52,286 nucleotides of DNA from an uncultured Bacteroides sp. Its GTDB lineage: Bacteria > Bacteroidota > Bacteroidia > Bacteroidales > Muribaculaceae. Under the pieces are notes generated by a model. The model saw nothing but the letters and a program-made list of their open reading frames with translations. It did not search any database and was not told where the DNA came from. Shown one piece after another: positions 1-10,435 of this stretch. Made by a program: the position numbers and the translations under genes. Within the stretch, counting starts at the first letter, position 1, and the number at the start of each line of letters is the position of its first letter. Where the stretch lies: the NCBI GenBank assembly GCA_964454365.1, contig CAYVTB010000001.1:1-52286 (forward strand), read 5' to 3'.

Positions 1-71
1 CTATCTTCGGCCCCGGTACCCGTATCCCCGTCTCGGCTATCAAGATGCTCGAGATCCTCAACGAGGAATAA
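1..71 (+). CDS. scpA: 3' end of a probable methylmalonyl-CoA mutase large subunit (partial)
   Basis: Frame from nt 3 reads IFGPGTRIPVSAIKMLEILNEE*, with stop TAA at 69-71. IFGPGT is the typical end of the B12-binding domain. Only 22 codons are visible. Confidence 0.6.
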   Translation, partial: IFGPGTRIPVSAIKMLEILNEE

Positions 72-81
72 TCTTAGTACC

Positions 82-131
82 TCAATAACGAAAGCATCCC
101 GCGAGAATTCGCGGGATGCTTTCGTTATTGA
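82..131. terminator. Bidirectional intrinsic terminator
   Basis: Perfect 23-bp inverted repeat (82-104 / 109-131) with loop GAAT, between two convergent genes. Confidence 0.9.
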
Positions 132-147
132 ATATCAATACTTAATC

Positions 148-1248
148 TTATTTAGTTTCGGGAATTGTAGGTGTCATAGGAATGGTGCTGTCTGCATCGG
201 TCCAGTCGTTGACATCAACCTTCAACTTGATAGGTGCGCCGAGAACGGGTTCACCGGGAGTAGGATCATCAGGGTCTACATTACCTGCACCGATGGTGAA
301 GTCAAGAGTGTAGATATATTTCTTACCCTGCTCCCAAGTTCCTGACAGAGGAATCGAGGCCCATGCATACTGGCGCTTCTGGCCATTGGCATCCTTAACT
401 GTATCGCTTGAGTAAGGATACATCACGAAGCCGTTATCAGTACGGGTGATTCGTACAAGTACACTGATGTATGATTCGCGTGCTACGTTGTCAGGGTCAC
501 CGGTAGGACTCCACGGAGTAAGGGTCTGAGGCAGCAGCATTGCGTTACCCGAGGGGCCCATGATGCTCTGAGGCGTCGAATTAAGAGTAACGGTATCACA
601 GCTGCTGGTGTAGACTGCAGTGTCATGCCAGTCGTCAAGAGTCCATTGCTCGGTAGCGAAATCAAACGATCCCATATACTGTGCGCGACCGATACGCACA
701 CCCGTTACCTTGAAGGTATATGTGGGGTTCTCTGATTTTGCGCGAACTTCAATCTGCGAGAGACGGTGGTCGAAAGTAAGTTCGACACCTGAAGTTTCAT
801 TATTCTTACGGTTACCGGTTGCACTGGCGGTTATGAAGTCGACCTGGTCGGCGATATCGTCGGCAACTGCAAAGCTTTCAAGTTGCAATCCTGCCTTGCC
901 ATCTACTACTGTAACATCCGCGCCAAGCTCATCCTGTGAAGGAGCATAGGCATAGAACTGAAGGGTCTCGTCATTTTCAAGCCACGAGTACTTTTCACTC
1001 GAGGTGAAATAAGAGTCAGCACCCTTAACAAAGTTGGCATTTTCAAAGTATGGAGTGGTACCGTCAAAGGCCGTCACATAGATTGAACTTAAGTTGGAGT
1101 TGGTCGTCTCGGTTGCACGAGATGCCATGCCTGAGCGGAATGAAATTGCTTCATTGCTCGTGCGGACGTCGACAGGCTCGTCGCTGGCGCAAGAGGCCAT
1201 TGTGAGAGCTGAAAGTGCGGCGATCAGGATTAGTGGTTTTGTGCTCAT
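148..1248 (-). CDS. Type V pilin / fimbrillin family lipoprotein (Mfa-like)
   Basis: Lipobox TMAS-C followed by acidic residues. AISF..SRA processing-type motif, LTFDHRLSQI, WEQGKKYIYTLDF and a C-terminal V..W donor-strand-like segment. Confidence 0.85.
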   Translation of the reverse strand: MSTKPLILIAALSALTMASCASDEPVDVRTSNEAISFRSGMASRATETTNSNLSSIYVTAFDGTTPYFENANFVKGADSYFTSSEKYSWLENDETLQFYAYAPSQDELGADVTVVDGKAGLQLESFAVADDIADQVDFITASATGNRKNNETSGVELTFDHRLSQIEVRAKSENPTYTFKVTGVRIGRAQYMGSFDFATEQWTLDDWHDTAVYTSSCDTVTLNSTPQSIMGPSGNAMLLPQTLTPWSPTGDPDNVARESYISVLVRITRTDNGFVMYPYSSDTVKDANGQKRQYAWASIPLSGTWEQGKKYIYTLDFTIGAGNVDPDDPTPGEPVLGAPIKLKVDVNDWTDADSTIPMTPTIPETK

Positions 1249-1374
1249 AATAATATGTGTTTTTTAATATAGTAATCTATATGTGTTTTTTATTTCTCTT
1301 TATAATATTAAAACAATTCGTAACACCAAAAGTTTGCTCATGATTATGTTTTTTTCTTGGCGAAAAAGACCAAA

Positions 1375-2340
1375 TTACATGTGCATATCGATATATACAG
1401 GTTGCCACTCATTGACATCGGGAACAATTCCTGCACCCGGTTGCTCGGCCGGAGGCTCGGGCAGGGGAAGCCCCCTGAGAATAATGTGGACATGGCGGGG
1501 ATCGGGAGCCTTTGAGACCTGATCGGTTACGTCAAACGTGTGGTACCACTTGCTGCCGTCGGTCAGCACCATATAAACCGTAAGCATGTGACGGGCAGAA
1601 TTCGTCGGACTTTCGCCGAAGGTCAGGAATTCACCGTGTAGGGAGTCTTCGTCGCGTTCGGCATGCAGCGTAAAGGTCATCGTGACATGCGCGTCTGTTG
1701 CCGACTGTGCTCCGAGACTGTAGCCTTCAGCCATGCCGGAAATTGTGGCATCGATATCAGATGATCTGACACCATCTATATTATCGACATCGTAGATATC
1801 TACTATATAATGACACACTGCTTCCTGAGGATAAAGCGTGATTGTCTGCTTTCCGGTGTGGGGACCGATTTCGATGTTATTCGTGCGATTTGTCCACAAC
1901 ATTCCGGGAGTGACAGCCATTCGCTCCGACTCAGCTTCTTCGGAACGGGGCAGCGAATATGAACTCAGATTTTGGGCCGCCAATTGTGCGGCATCGGAGG
2001 TATAGACTTCCATCTTCTCGATATCCTCGTTGTTGCGCACATAAGCCCAGTCGGTGTTATCGCCGTTCATATACAATGCGTGACAGGTTCCGAAAGGAGC
2101 CTTGATAAGACCACCCGTGCGGTTTGCGAAAATAAATCGCATCGGGGATTTTCCATCGTTATCATAAAGATATAAAGCCATGGAAGAGGGATTGGCATCC
2201 GGTGCATATCGCCAGTCAAACACGACCTCGAGCTCACTGGTGAGCGATTCTTCCATATAAAGATATTTGTGACGGCACGACGTCAGCGAGAGCAAGACAG
2301 CGATGACGGCAACTGCCTTTCCGATTACATTGTATTTCAT
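1375..2340 (-). CDS. DUF5119-like fimbrial accessory lipoprotein
   Basis: Lipobox LTS-C-RHK, VVFDW, FLTFG, FDVTDQV and C-terminal PDVNEW. Lies between DUF3575 and fimbrillin genes. Confidence 0.75.
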   Translation of the reverse strand: MKYNVIGKAVAVIAVLLSLTSCRHKYLYMEESLTSELEVVFDWRYAPDANPSSMALYLYDNDGKSPMRFIFANRTGGLIKAPFGTCHALYMNGDNTDWAYVRNNEDIEKMEVYTSDAAQLAAQNLSSYSLPRSEEAESERMAVTPGMLWTNRTNNIEIGPHTGKQTITLYPQEAVCHYIVDIYDVDNIDGVRSSDIDATISGMAEGYSLGAQSATDAHVTMTFTLHAERDEDSLHGEFLTFGESPTNSARHMLTVYMVLTDGSKWYHTFDVTDQVSKAPDPRHVHIILRGLPLPEPPAEQPGAGIVPDVNEWQPVYIDMHM

Positions 2341-3605
2341 AGTGTCTCTCCTTTCCGAGGATTATAGTTTCCTCTACCGACGAGCCACACGAGGGAGATC
2401 TCGGCCTTTGTGGGTCCGAACCAGCGCAGGCGGTGGGTCGACTGCCAGATATAGTATTTGCCCTTGGGCACATATTCGTAATAAGTACCTCCGAGATAGC
2501 CTATTCCTATCGAGAAGTCAATATTGAGTCTGCGGCTGACAGGAAGCGAATAGCCATATTCCACTCCTGCGACCACGTTGCAGCGGTCCCAAAGGGTGCC
2601 ATGAGGTTTACCGCCCATGTAGCCGCGTCCACCGAGCTCGAAGTCATAGGTAACCACGCCGGCATAAACGCCGACATGATGTCCCGTCAGAGGCTTGCGA
2701 TGGGCTGCCTTGCCAAACCAGCGGCGGGCACCTAAAGTACCGCCGTAAGCGCGCCAGTAATAATGAGTGCGGTTAACGTCCCACCAGCCGTACATCCAGT
2801 CAGCTGTGACAGACCATCCGCGGCCGACATAAATGTCAGCACCGACATGCGGGATAAGGAGCGCGTCGGAGAGAAGATTAGTCTTAAGACCGATATAAAG
2901 AGGACGATGATATTCCACCGGCGCTGGTGACATTGTCAGCGTCCCGGGCGCGGGAACTAAGTTTACCGGCAGCATGGGAACGGCCGTGGGACCTTCCGGA
3001 GTAATACGTTTCAATGCATCTTCATAATCGAGGACAATTGTCGAAAAACGCAGCGATGGAAAAATGTTCCTGTATAAATACAGATAAGGAACGCCGCCGC
3101 GCAGGGCCTTGAGACTAGCAAGCGGATGTTCTATTTCCGAGCCGGAGGCTGTTCCCTCGTCAGTAACCCTGTCGAGCAGATCGAGAACTTCATCACGATA
3201 AGGCACATTCTCATCGGCAAGAACCATAGAACGCAATCCCGTCCAGTCGCGACCGAGATAATTGAAGGAAATGACGGAATCCTCGACAATTCCGCGGTCA
3301 CGGAAAATGTCAAAGATTGCTTCAGCACGCTTTTTAGAAAGATAATCATTAAAGCTTACAGAACCTTCCGGAGAGGCTGCGCCGACTACTGAAACGGATT
3401 TCAGCGTGCGCCTCATGGCATTCAGGGAGTCCGACTCCAGTCGACGGAATATGCTGTCGAGACGGTCACCGTTATTCATGAATTCGGGATCCACATTGAT
3501 ATGGGACTGTCTGAAACCTATTGTAACAGAGTCAGCAGAAACACGCGAGAAAGCCGGATAGCTTCCCGCGAGCATTAATAATATTATAGATAAAATCTTC
3601 TTCAT
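2337..3605 (-). CDS. DUF3575 outer-membrane protein with N-terminal OmpA-like domain
   Basis: GAASPEG..N..LS..RA (OmpA-like), LKTNLLSDA and WFGPTKAEISLVWL (DUF3575). Start moved to MKKILSII at 3605, which gives a signal peptide. Overlaps the next gene by 4 nt. Confidence 0.85.
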   Translation of the reverse strand: MKKILSIILLMLAGSYPAFSRVSADSVTIGFRQSHINVDPEFMNNGDRLDSIFRRLESDSLNAMRRTLKSVSVVGAASPEGSVSFNDYLSKKRAEAIFDIFRDRGIVEDSVISFNYLGRDWTGLRSMVLADENVPYRDEVLDLLDRVTDEGTASGSEIEHPLASLKALRGGVPYLYLYRNIFPSLRFSTIVLDYEDALKRITPEGPTAVPMLPVNLVPAPGTLTMSPAPVEYHRPLYIGLKTNLLSDALLIPHVGADIYVGRGWSVTADWMYGWWDVNRTHYYWRAYGGTLGARRWFGKAAHRKPLTGHHVGVYAGVVTYDFELGGRGYMGGKPHGTLWDRCNVVAGVEYGYSLPVSRRLNIDFSIGIGYLGGTYYEYVPKGKYYIWQSTHRLRWFGPTKAEISLVWLVGRGNYNPRKGETL

Positions 3606-3715
3606 CTCTTCTTGACTGTCGGCGTCGAGCACCGTAACAAGCATTTGTGTGTTCTGATAGGATTAGTATCACTATGATAACACACGCACTTACAAATCTG
3701 TTCGCGCACGTCCGA

Positions 3716-3757
3716 CAAAAAAATCGCCCGCTGTAGCACTTGGCACAGCGGGCGATT
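3716..3757 (-). terminator. Intrinsic terminator of valS
   Basis: 13-bp stem AATCGCCCGCTGT / ACAGCGGGCGATT, followed on the minus strand by a T run. Confidence 0.8.
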
Positions 3758-3775
3758 ATATCTTGACCGGGAAAA

Positions 3776-6469
3776 TCAACTGAGCGCGGCAAGAGTGGCG
3801 CGGTTAGCGGCAAGCTTGGTCTCGGTGTCGCTGAGTTTCTTGCGTTCACCTTCAACTACAGCAGCGGGAGCGTTGTTCACGAAACGCTCGTTGCCAAGTT
3901 TCTTCTCAATGGAAGCCTTGAAACCTTCGAGATAAGCGATATCCTTCTTCAGACGCTCGATCTCGGCAGCAACGTCGATCGAAGCTGCAAGGGGTACATT
4001 GAACTCCAGTGTACCGACCATGAAGGAAGCCGCAGCAGGATCCTTGACAGCATCAGCATTAATTTTCTCAACATTTCCAAGCTTGGATACAAGCGTTTCG
4101 ATTCCTGCAGGAATCTGGCCTACAATGTTAAGAGTTAACGCCTCGCGGGCCGGAATATTCTTCTTGGCGCGAACGGCGCGGACACCTGTAACGATCTCAC
4201 GGGCCAGGTCAACATCGGCCAGCAGCTTGTGGTCCGGTTCTTCTGCCACCGGAGTTGTAGCATACATGATGGATTCACCTTCGCGGCGAGTTTCGAGGTG
4301 CTGCCACAGTTCCTCGGTGATGAATGGCATAAACGGATGAAGGAGACGCAGCAAAGCATCGAAGAAACCGCGGGTGGCTTTCATAGTTTCACCGTCGACA
4401 GGCTCGCCATAAGGCGGCTTGACCATTTCGAGATACCACGAGGAGAAGTCGTCCCAGAAAAGACGGTAGATAGCCATGATGGCATCGTTGAGACGGAAAC
4501 GGGCAAGAAGATCGTTAACTTCAGTGATGGTAGCGCTCAACTTGGACTGCATCCACTTGACAGCGAGTTTTGACGCCTCGGGAGCAGCGGCATTTGTGTC
4601 AACCTGCCAGCCCTGGAGCAGACGGAAGGCATTCCAGATCTTGTTACAGAAATTACGTCCCTGCTCACAGAGGCGCTCGTCAAACATGATATCATTTCCT
4701 GCGGGAGCGGCGAGCAGCATACCCATGCGCACACCGTCGGCACCGTAACGGGCGATAAGATCTAGAGGGTCGGGCGAGTTGCCAAGAGACTTTGACATCT
4801 TGCGCCCCAGATTATCGCGGACAATACCGGTAAAGTAAACGTTCTTGAACGGTTCCTTTCCGACGTATTCATATCCGGCCATAATCATGCGCGCAACCCA
4901 GAAAAAGATGATATCGGGACCGGTAACGAGCGTGGCCGTCGGATAATAATAGTTGATTTCCTCGTTGCCGGGATTGTTGATGCCGTCAAAGAGTGTGACG
5001 GGCCACAACCACGACGAGAACCATGTGTCAAGCGCACCTTCATCGCGGCGAAGATCATCGGCTGTGAGAGATTCGCATCCTTCGATAGCTTTGACTTTGG
5101 CGAGAGCTGCCTCGGGCGACTCGGCGACAACAATCTGTTCCTCGCCGGTAACGGGGTTATTATAATAATATGCAGGAATACGGTGGCCCCACCACAGCTG
5201 TCGTGAAATACACCAGTCCTGGATGTTCTCAAGCCAGTTGCGGTAAGTCGTCTTGTATTTTTCGGGAACGAAGCGAATAATGTCGTCCATGACGGGGGCG
5301 AGCGAAATCTTTGCAAAGTGGTCCATCTTCACAAACCACTGCAACGAGAGACGCGGCTCGATAGCTACCTTAGTGCGCTCCGAGAATCCCACATTATTAG
5401 TATAGTCCTCGACTTTTTCCATCAGGCCTGCTGCTTCAAGATCGGCTGCAATAGCCTTGCGGCAGTCAAAGCGATCCATTCCGACATACATGCCTGCAGT
5501 CTCGGCGATCGTAGCGTCATCATTGAAGATATCGATAGTCTCGAGCTTGTGGGTCTTTCCGAGCATGTTATCGTTCTTGTCATGGGCAGGCGTAACCTTG
5601 AGACAGCCTGTGCCAAATTCAATGTCAACATAACGGTCCTCGATAACAGGAATCTCGCGGCCTACGAGAGGAACGACGACCTTGCGGCCGCTGAGCCAGC
5701 GGTTCTTGGGATCCTTGGGATTGATACACATGGCCGTGTCACCCATAATTGTTTCGGGTCGGGTGGTGGCTACGACGGCATAATACCGTCCCTTGTCATC
5801 CACATGGATAACCTCGCCCTCGCGGGCCTCGCCGGGAGCAGCTTCACCCGGAGCGAGATAATAACGCAGGTAATAGAGCTTGCTCTGCTCCTGCTCGAAG
5901 AAGACTTCGTCGTCGCTGATAGCCGTGAGGTTCTGGGGGTCCCAGTTAACCATGCGCAGGCCGCGGTAAATCAGTCCTTTGTCATAGAGGTCACAGAAAA
6001 CCTTGGTAACTGCCTTGTTGCGGGGCTCGTCCATCGTGAAAGCCGTGCGGTCCCAGTCACAGGAAGCGCCAAGCTTGCGCAACTGCTGAAGGATGATACC
6101 GCCGTGCTTGCGGGTCCAGTCCCAGGCATGTTCAAGAAATTCCTCGCGGGTAAGATCAGTCTTTTTGATACCTTCCGACGCGAGTTTTGCGATAACCTTT
6201 GTCTCGGTGGAAATCGATGCATGGTCGGTACCCGGCACCCACAGGGCGTTCTTGCCGTCCATGCGGGCACGGCGCACCAGGATATCCTGAATTGTATTGT
6301 TGAGCATGTGCCCCATGTGGAGGACACCTGTGACATTTGGCGGAGGAATCACGATAGTATAAGGTTCGCGGGCATCGGGAACGGAACGGAACAGCTTGTG
6401 TTCCATCCAGTAAGCATACCACTTATCCTCTACTTCGGTAGGGTTATAAACCGTTGCTAATTCTTTCAT
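3776..6469 (-). CDS. valS: Valine--tRNA ligase
   Basis: [13 protein letters not shown] (HIGH), [16 protein letters not shown] and a C-terminal coiled coil. Confidence 0.99.
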   Translation of the reverse strand: MKELATVYNPTEVEDKWYAYWMEHKLFRSVPDAREPYTIVIPPPNVTGVLHMGHMLNNTIQDILVRRARMDGKNALWVPGTDHASISTETKVIAKLASEGIKKTDLTREEFLEHAWDWTRKHGGIILQQLRKLGASCDWDRTAFTMDEPRNKAVTKVFCDLYDKGLIYRGLRMVNWDPQNLTAISDDEVFFEQEQSKLYYLRYYLAPGEAAPGEAREGEVIHVDDKGRYYAVVATTRPETIMGDTAMCINPKDPKNRWLSGRKVVVPLVGREIPVIEDRYVDIEFGTGCLKVTPAHDKNDNMLGKTHKLETIDIFNDDATIAETAGMYVGMDRFDCRKAIAADLEAAGLMEKVEDYTNNVGFSERTKVAIEPRLSLQWFVKMDHFAKISLAPVMDDIIRFVPEKYKTTYRNWLENIQDWCISRQLWWGHRIPAYYYNNPVTGEEQIVVAESPEAALAKVKAIEGCESLTADDLRRDEGALDTWFSSWLWPVTLFDGINNPGNEEINYYYPTATLVTGPDIIFFWVARMIMAGYEYVGKEPFKNVYFTGIVRDNLGRKMSKSLGNSPDPLDLIARYGADGVRMGMLLAAPAGNDIMFDERLCEQGRNFCNKIWNAFRLLQGWQVDTNAAAPEASKLAVKWMQSKLSATITEVNDLLARFRLNDAIMAIYRLFWDDFSSWYLEMVKPPYGEPVDGETMKATRGFFDALLRLLHPFMPFITEELWQHLETRREGESIMYATTPVAEEPDHKLLADVDLAREIVTGVRAVRAKKNIPAREALTLNIVGQIPAGIETLVSKLGNVEKINADAVKDPAAASFMVGTLEFNVPLAASIDVAAEIERLKKDIAYLEGFKASIEKKLGNERFVNNAPAAVVEGERKKLSDTETKLAANRATLAALS

Positions 6470-6504
6470 AGGAATTTAACTTTCTCTATTTTCATAAACT
6501 GTTG

Positions 6505-6512
6505 CAAAGATA
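6505..6512 (-). promoter_or_regulatory. Bacteroidetes -7 promoter element for valS
   Basis: TATCTTTG on the minus strand, 35 nt upstream of the ATG. Confidence 0.65.
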
Positions 6513-6619
6513 GTGATTTTTTAGCTAATAACTAACAAATCGTCTCTCTATAAATCATCCTGAATCTCCACGAGAGTTTATCGAACGGGAAAACTTTTCT
6601 ACACGGAGGCATTTTTTTC

Positions 6620-6650
6620 TTTGAGGATTTCGGCATATTTCGTACCTTTG
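6620..6650 (+). promoter_or_regulatory. Bacteroidetes housekeeping promoter for the patatin-GH13-prs operon
   Basis: TTTG (6620-6623), N19, TACCTTTG (6643-6650). Matches the -33/-7 consensus. Confidence 0.75.
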
Positions 6651-6669
6651 TCGCAAAGAAAAACTGAGC

Positions 6670-7497
6670 ATGGAGTCCAGCAGTCACGACACTCGCCCAC
6701 CCTATAAAATCGGAGTCGCCCTCACGGGCGGAGGTGCGCGCGGCTTTGCACATGCCGGTGTTCTCGCCGCCTTTGAAGAAGCGGGCATCAAGCCCGACAT
6801 CATGGCCGGCGTCAGCGCGGGCAGCATTGTCGCAACATTATATGCAGCCGGGGTAAAGCCCCGCGAGTTTGTCGGTCTCTTTTCCGATCGCAGTTTCCGC
6901 GATTTTGTTAATCTGCGGCCCCATGCAGGCTCAATTTTCTCTACTGAGCCTTTCAAGAAATTCATTGAAAAGAATCTCAGGGGTTACGAACGCCTTGAAG
7001 AACTTCCCATCCCCGTTTATCTTGGCGCGACAGACTTTGACAAAGGACTCGCAATCGAGTTTCACGAGGGGCCTATTGCAGAGCGAGTAGTGGCATCCTG
7101 CACCATTCCCATTATTTTTAAGCCTGTTAATATCGACGGCGTAAATTATGTCGACGGCGGCGTTCTGCGCAACCATCCTGCCTGGATTATCCGAGACAAA
7201 TGCGAGCTGCTGATCGGTGTCAATGTGAGCCCGTTGAACAACAAGGCCAAGACCGACTCGTTTGTGTCCGTTGCCCTGCGCACTTACAATCTCATGGCCA
7301 AGGCCAACCAACTTATAGACATGAAACTGTGTGACATCAATATCGAACCGATGGAGATTTCACACTACCGCACCTTTGACCTGCGTTCAATCAAGCAGGT
7401 CTATCTGAGCGGATATATCCACGCCCGACGAGCTCTGCGCGACGCCGGCCTGTGGCATCCGTCTCCCGATAATAATTATATACCGACTGATTTATGA
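6670..7497 (+). CDS. Patatin-like phospholipase family protein
   Basis: GGGARG oxyanion motif, GVSAG nucleophile elbow and DGG motif. Confidence 0.93.
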   Translation: MESSSHDTRPPYKIGVALTGGGARGFAHAGVLAAFEEAGIKPDIMAGVSAGSIVATLYAAGVKPREFVGLFSDRSFRDFVNLRPHAGSIFSTEPFKKFIEKNLRGYERLEELPIPVYLGATDFDKGLAIEFHEGPIAERVVASCTIPIIFKPVNIDGVNYVDGGVLRNHPAWIIRDKCELLIGVNVSPLNNKAKTDSFVSVALRTYNLMAKANQLIDMKLCDINIEPMEISHYRTFDLRSIKQVYLSGYIHARRALRDAGLWHPSPDNNYIPTDL

Positions 7498-9254
7498 TGA
7501 AAGCAGAGAGCCCCAAGCCAATAATCTACCAGATGCTGCCCCGACTGTTTACAAATTACAACACAGCCCCTGTAGTCGACGGTACCATTGAACAGAACGG
7601 CTCGGGAAAGCTCGCTCTTATCAATGACAACATTCTCAAGTCAATAAAGGACCTTGGCGCGACCCATGTCTGGTATACCGGTGTCATCGAGCACGCACAC
7701 ACGCCCGACTACACCGCCTACGGAATCCCCCGCCACAATCCTTATATAATTAAAGGTAAAGCGGGGAGTCCCTATGCAATCACCGATTATTATGATATAG
7801 ACCCCGATCTCGCTGTCGACGTGCCTTCGCGCATGACTGAGTTTGAGGATCTCGTCAAGCGCAGTCATCGCGCCGGCCTGAAAGTGATAATAGACTTTGT
7901 ACCCAACCATGTCGGCCGTCAATATCACAGCGACGCTGCTCCCGCCGGAGTCGAAGACCTCGGGAAAGGAGACAACGGCGAAATGTTTTTTGACCCGACA
8001 AACAACTTTTATTACATTACCCGGCAGCAGTTTTCCCCCGATGGCGTAGATCTCGGCCAGGGAGCTGAAGCCTATGTCGAATTCCCGGCTCGTGCCTCGG
8101 GAGACGACTGTTTCACGGCCTTCCCGGGCAAATACAACTGGTATGACACGGTGAAGCTCAACTATGGCTACGACTATGGAAACGGCTCGCGCCACTACGA
8201 TCCTGTACCTTCGACCTGGCTCAAGATGCTTGCCATCCTCCGATTCTGGGCTTCGAAGGGGGTTGACGGTTTCCGCTGCGATATGGCCCACATGGTCCCG
8301 GTAGACTTCTGGCGCTGGGCAATCCCCCAGGTCAAGGAAGACTATCCCGGAGTGATCTTCATCGCTGAAATTTATGATATTGGTCTTTACAGGCAATTCA
8401 TCTATACCGCAGGCTTCGATTACCTCTACGACAAGGTAAATCTCTACGACACCTTGAGAGCCATCGAAACCTCCAACCACTCGGCCGCAACCATCACTAA
8501 TTGCTGGCAGGCAGTCGACGGCATCGGTCCCCACATGCTCAACTTCCTCGAAAATCATGATGAGCAGCGATTTGCATCCGAGCAATACGCCGGAGATGCG
8601 ACCCGTGTCGTTTCCTCGCTGATTGTCAGCGCATTGATTTCGACCGGGCCGTTCATGATATATGCCGGTCAGGAACTTGGAGAAAAAGCCGACGAAGCCG
8701 AGGGATATAGCGGAAAAGACGGCCGCACGACCATCTTTGACTACTGGAGCATCCCTACCCTGCGCCGCTGGCTTAACCACGGCACATGCGACGGACATCT
8801 TTCCGATTCCGAATCCAAGCTGCGCGCGCTCTACAGCCGCGTGCTCAACATTTGCAATGAAGAACCGGCAATCTCCGAGGGCAAGTTCTTTGATCTTATG
8901 TATGTCAACTATGACAACTCCCGCTTCAACCCTCACCGCCACTATGCCTTCATCCGCCAGCACGGGGACGACATCTTGGTGATACTTGTCAACTTTGCCG
9001 ACGAGGAATCTCAGGTTGAAGTCAACCTGCCGGGACACGCGTTTGACTATCTTGGAATTAAGCGCGGAAAAGCAGTCGCGACCGATCTTCTGACAGGCCA
9101 ACAGACCGAAAAAGAGTTCACCGACCGCGTTCCCTTTAAATCCCACATTCCCGCCCACGGCGCCGTTATCTGGAAGATTGACAACCGCTCGATCATTCCG
9201 GAAGAGGCTTCGTCACGGGACACCATCAACAATAAAACCCTACTTAACAGATAA
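7494..9254 (+). CDS. Alpha-amylase family glycoside hydrolase (GH13)
   Basis: DFVPNH, DGFRCDMAHMV, FIAEIY and FLENHDE conserved regions. No signal peptide. Confidence 0.93.
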   Translation: MMKAESPKPIIYQMLPRLFTNYNTAPVVDGTIEQNGSGKLALINDNILKSIKDLGATHVWYTGVIEHAHTPDYTAYGIPRHNPYIIKGKAGSPYAITDYYDIDPDLAVDVPSRMTEFEDLVKRSHRAGLKVIIDFVPNHVGRQYHSDAAPAGVEDLGKGDNGEMFFDPTNNFYYITRQQFSPDGVDLGQGAEAYVEFPARASGDDCFTAFPGKYNWYDTVKLNYGYDYGNGSRHYDPVPSTWLKMLAILRFWASKGVDGFRCDMAHMVPVDFWRWAIPQVKEDYPGVIFIAEIYDIGLYRQFIYTAGFDYLYDKVNLYDTLRAIETSNHSAATITNCWQAVDGIGPHMLNFLENHDEQRFASEQYAGDATRVVSSLIVSALISTGPFMIYAGQELGEKADEAEGYSGKDGRTTIFDYWSIPTLRRWLNHGTCDGHLSDSESKLRALYSRVLNICNEEPAISEGKFFDLMYVNYDNSRFNPHRHYAFIRQHGDDILVILVNFADEESQVEVNLPGHAFDYLGIKRGKAVATDLLTGQQTEKEFTDRVPFKSHIPAHGAVIWKIDNRSIIPEEASSRDTINNKTLLNR

Positions 9255-9279
9255 TAAGTTCCTTCATATTATTTCCCTT

Positions 9280-10224
9280 ATGGATTCCAATCTTCCCCCT
9301 TTCAAAATTTTCGCCGGCACAAAGTCGCGCTACATGGCTGAAGAAATCTGCAAAGATCTCGGCGTAGAACTCGGTAAAATGAACATCCAGCGCTTTGCCG
9401 ACGGCGAATTTGAAGTCTCTTTTGAGGAATCGGTTCGTGGCTGTGAAGTCTATCTGGTACAGTCAACGTTCCCCAACAGCGACAACCTCATGGAGTTGCT
9501 GCTCATGATCGACGCCTCAAAGCGCGCATCGGCCAAGTCAACCATCGCCGTTATACCCTATTTCGGCTGGGCACGTCAGGATCGCAAAGACAAGCCCCGC
9601 GTATCTATCGCCGCCAAGCTTGTTTCCGACCTTCTCGTTGCAGCAGGTGTCGACCGCGTCATAACCATGGACCTGCATGCCGATCAGATTCAGGGCTTTT
9701 TCAATATCCCTGTCGACCACCTCTATGCATCGTCGGTGTTCATTCCCTATATCCAGTCGCTCAAGCTCGATAACATGGTGATCGCCACCCCCGACGTAGG
9801 CGGTGCAAAGCGCGCCAACAGCTATGCCAAATACCTTGATGTGCCCCTGGTACTCTGCCACAAGCAGCGCGCCAAGGCCAACGTTGTCGCCAACATGAAC
9901 GTAATCGGCGACGTTAAGGACAAGAACGTAATCCTCGTGGACGACATGGTCGACACAGCCGGCACCATCACCAAGGCAGCCGACCTTATGATCGAAAACG
10001 GTGCCAAGAGCGTGCGCGCCCTGTGTTCACATGCCATCATGAGCGATCCCGCTACAGAACGCGTCGACAACTGTGGCCTCGTTGAGATGATTTTCACCAA
10101 TTCTATTCCCTACAATAAGGAATGCAAGAAGTGCACTATCCTCTCCGTGGCACGCCTCTTTGCCGACACTATCCGCCGCGTACACAACAACGAATCTATT
10201 TCATCGCAGTATCTCATTAAATAA
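9280..10224 (+). CDS. prs: Ribose-phosphate pyrophosphokinase
   Basis: FADGE, PYFGWARQDR, DLHADQIQGFF and VDDMVDTAGT. Start trimmed to ATG 9280. Confidence 0.97.
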   Translation: MDSNLPPFKIFAGTKSRYMAEEICKDLGVELGKMNIQRFADGEFEVSFEESVRGCEVYLVQSTFPNSDNLMELLLMIDASKRASAKSTIAVIPYFGWARQDRKDKPRVSIAAKLVSDLLVAAGVDRVITMDLHADQIQGFFNIPVDHLYASSVFIPYIQSLKLDNMVIATPDVGGAKRANSYAKYLDVPLVLCHKQRAKANVVANMNVIGDVKDKNVILVDDMVDTAGTITKAADLMIENGAKSVRALCSHAIMSDPATERVDNCGLVEMIFTNSIPYNKECKKCTILSVARLFADTIRRVHNNESISSQYLIK

Positions 10225-10248
10225 GAGAGATAACATATACCTTATCAT

Positions 10249-10283
10249 GAGCGTCGCCCGGAAGTGTTATCCGGGCGGCGCTC
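10249..10283 (+). terminator. Stem-loop after prs (probable terminator)
   Basis: 14-bp GC-rich stem GAGCGTCGCCCGGA / TCCGGGCGGCGCTC with one G-U pair. The U-tract is weak. Confidence 0.65.
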
Positions 10284-10435
10284 TAAATTATAAAAAAGAT
10301 AAAAAACTCTAATAAAAATTACAAATTCACTCTTAAATTCTTGGCAGATACGAATATTTTATATTACTTTGCACAAAAATAAGAGAAATTGCTATAGAAA
10401 GCCGAATATTCCTTATCTCACTTAATATTTCTTAG

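Noticed and set aside
82-131. Long perfect palindrome as a possible MITE/REP or recombination site
   Set aside because: Single copy in the window and located between convergent stop codons, so a terminator explains it.
5782-5856. [10 protein letters not shown] duplication in a ValRS insert
   Set aside because: Short variable loop. The DNA copies are diverged, and there is no intein or mobile-element signature.
5318-6460. 380-aa antisense ORF within valS
   Set aside because: Shadow ORF on the opposite strand of an essential gene, with no independent signals.
7641-9158. 505-aa antisense ORF within the GH13 gene
   Set aside because: It lies fully opposite a well-supported gene and has no recognisable motifs. 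It is the expected shadow of codon bias.
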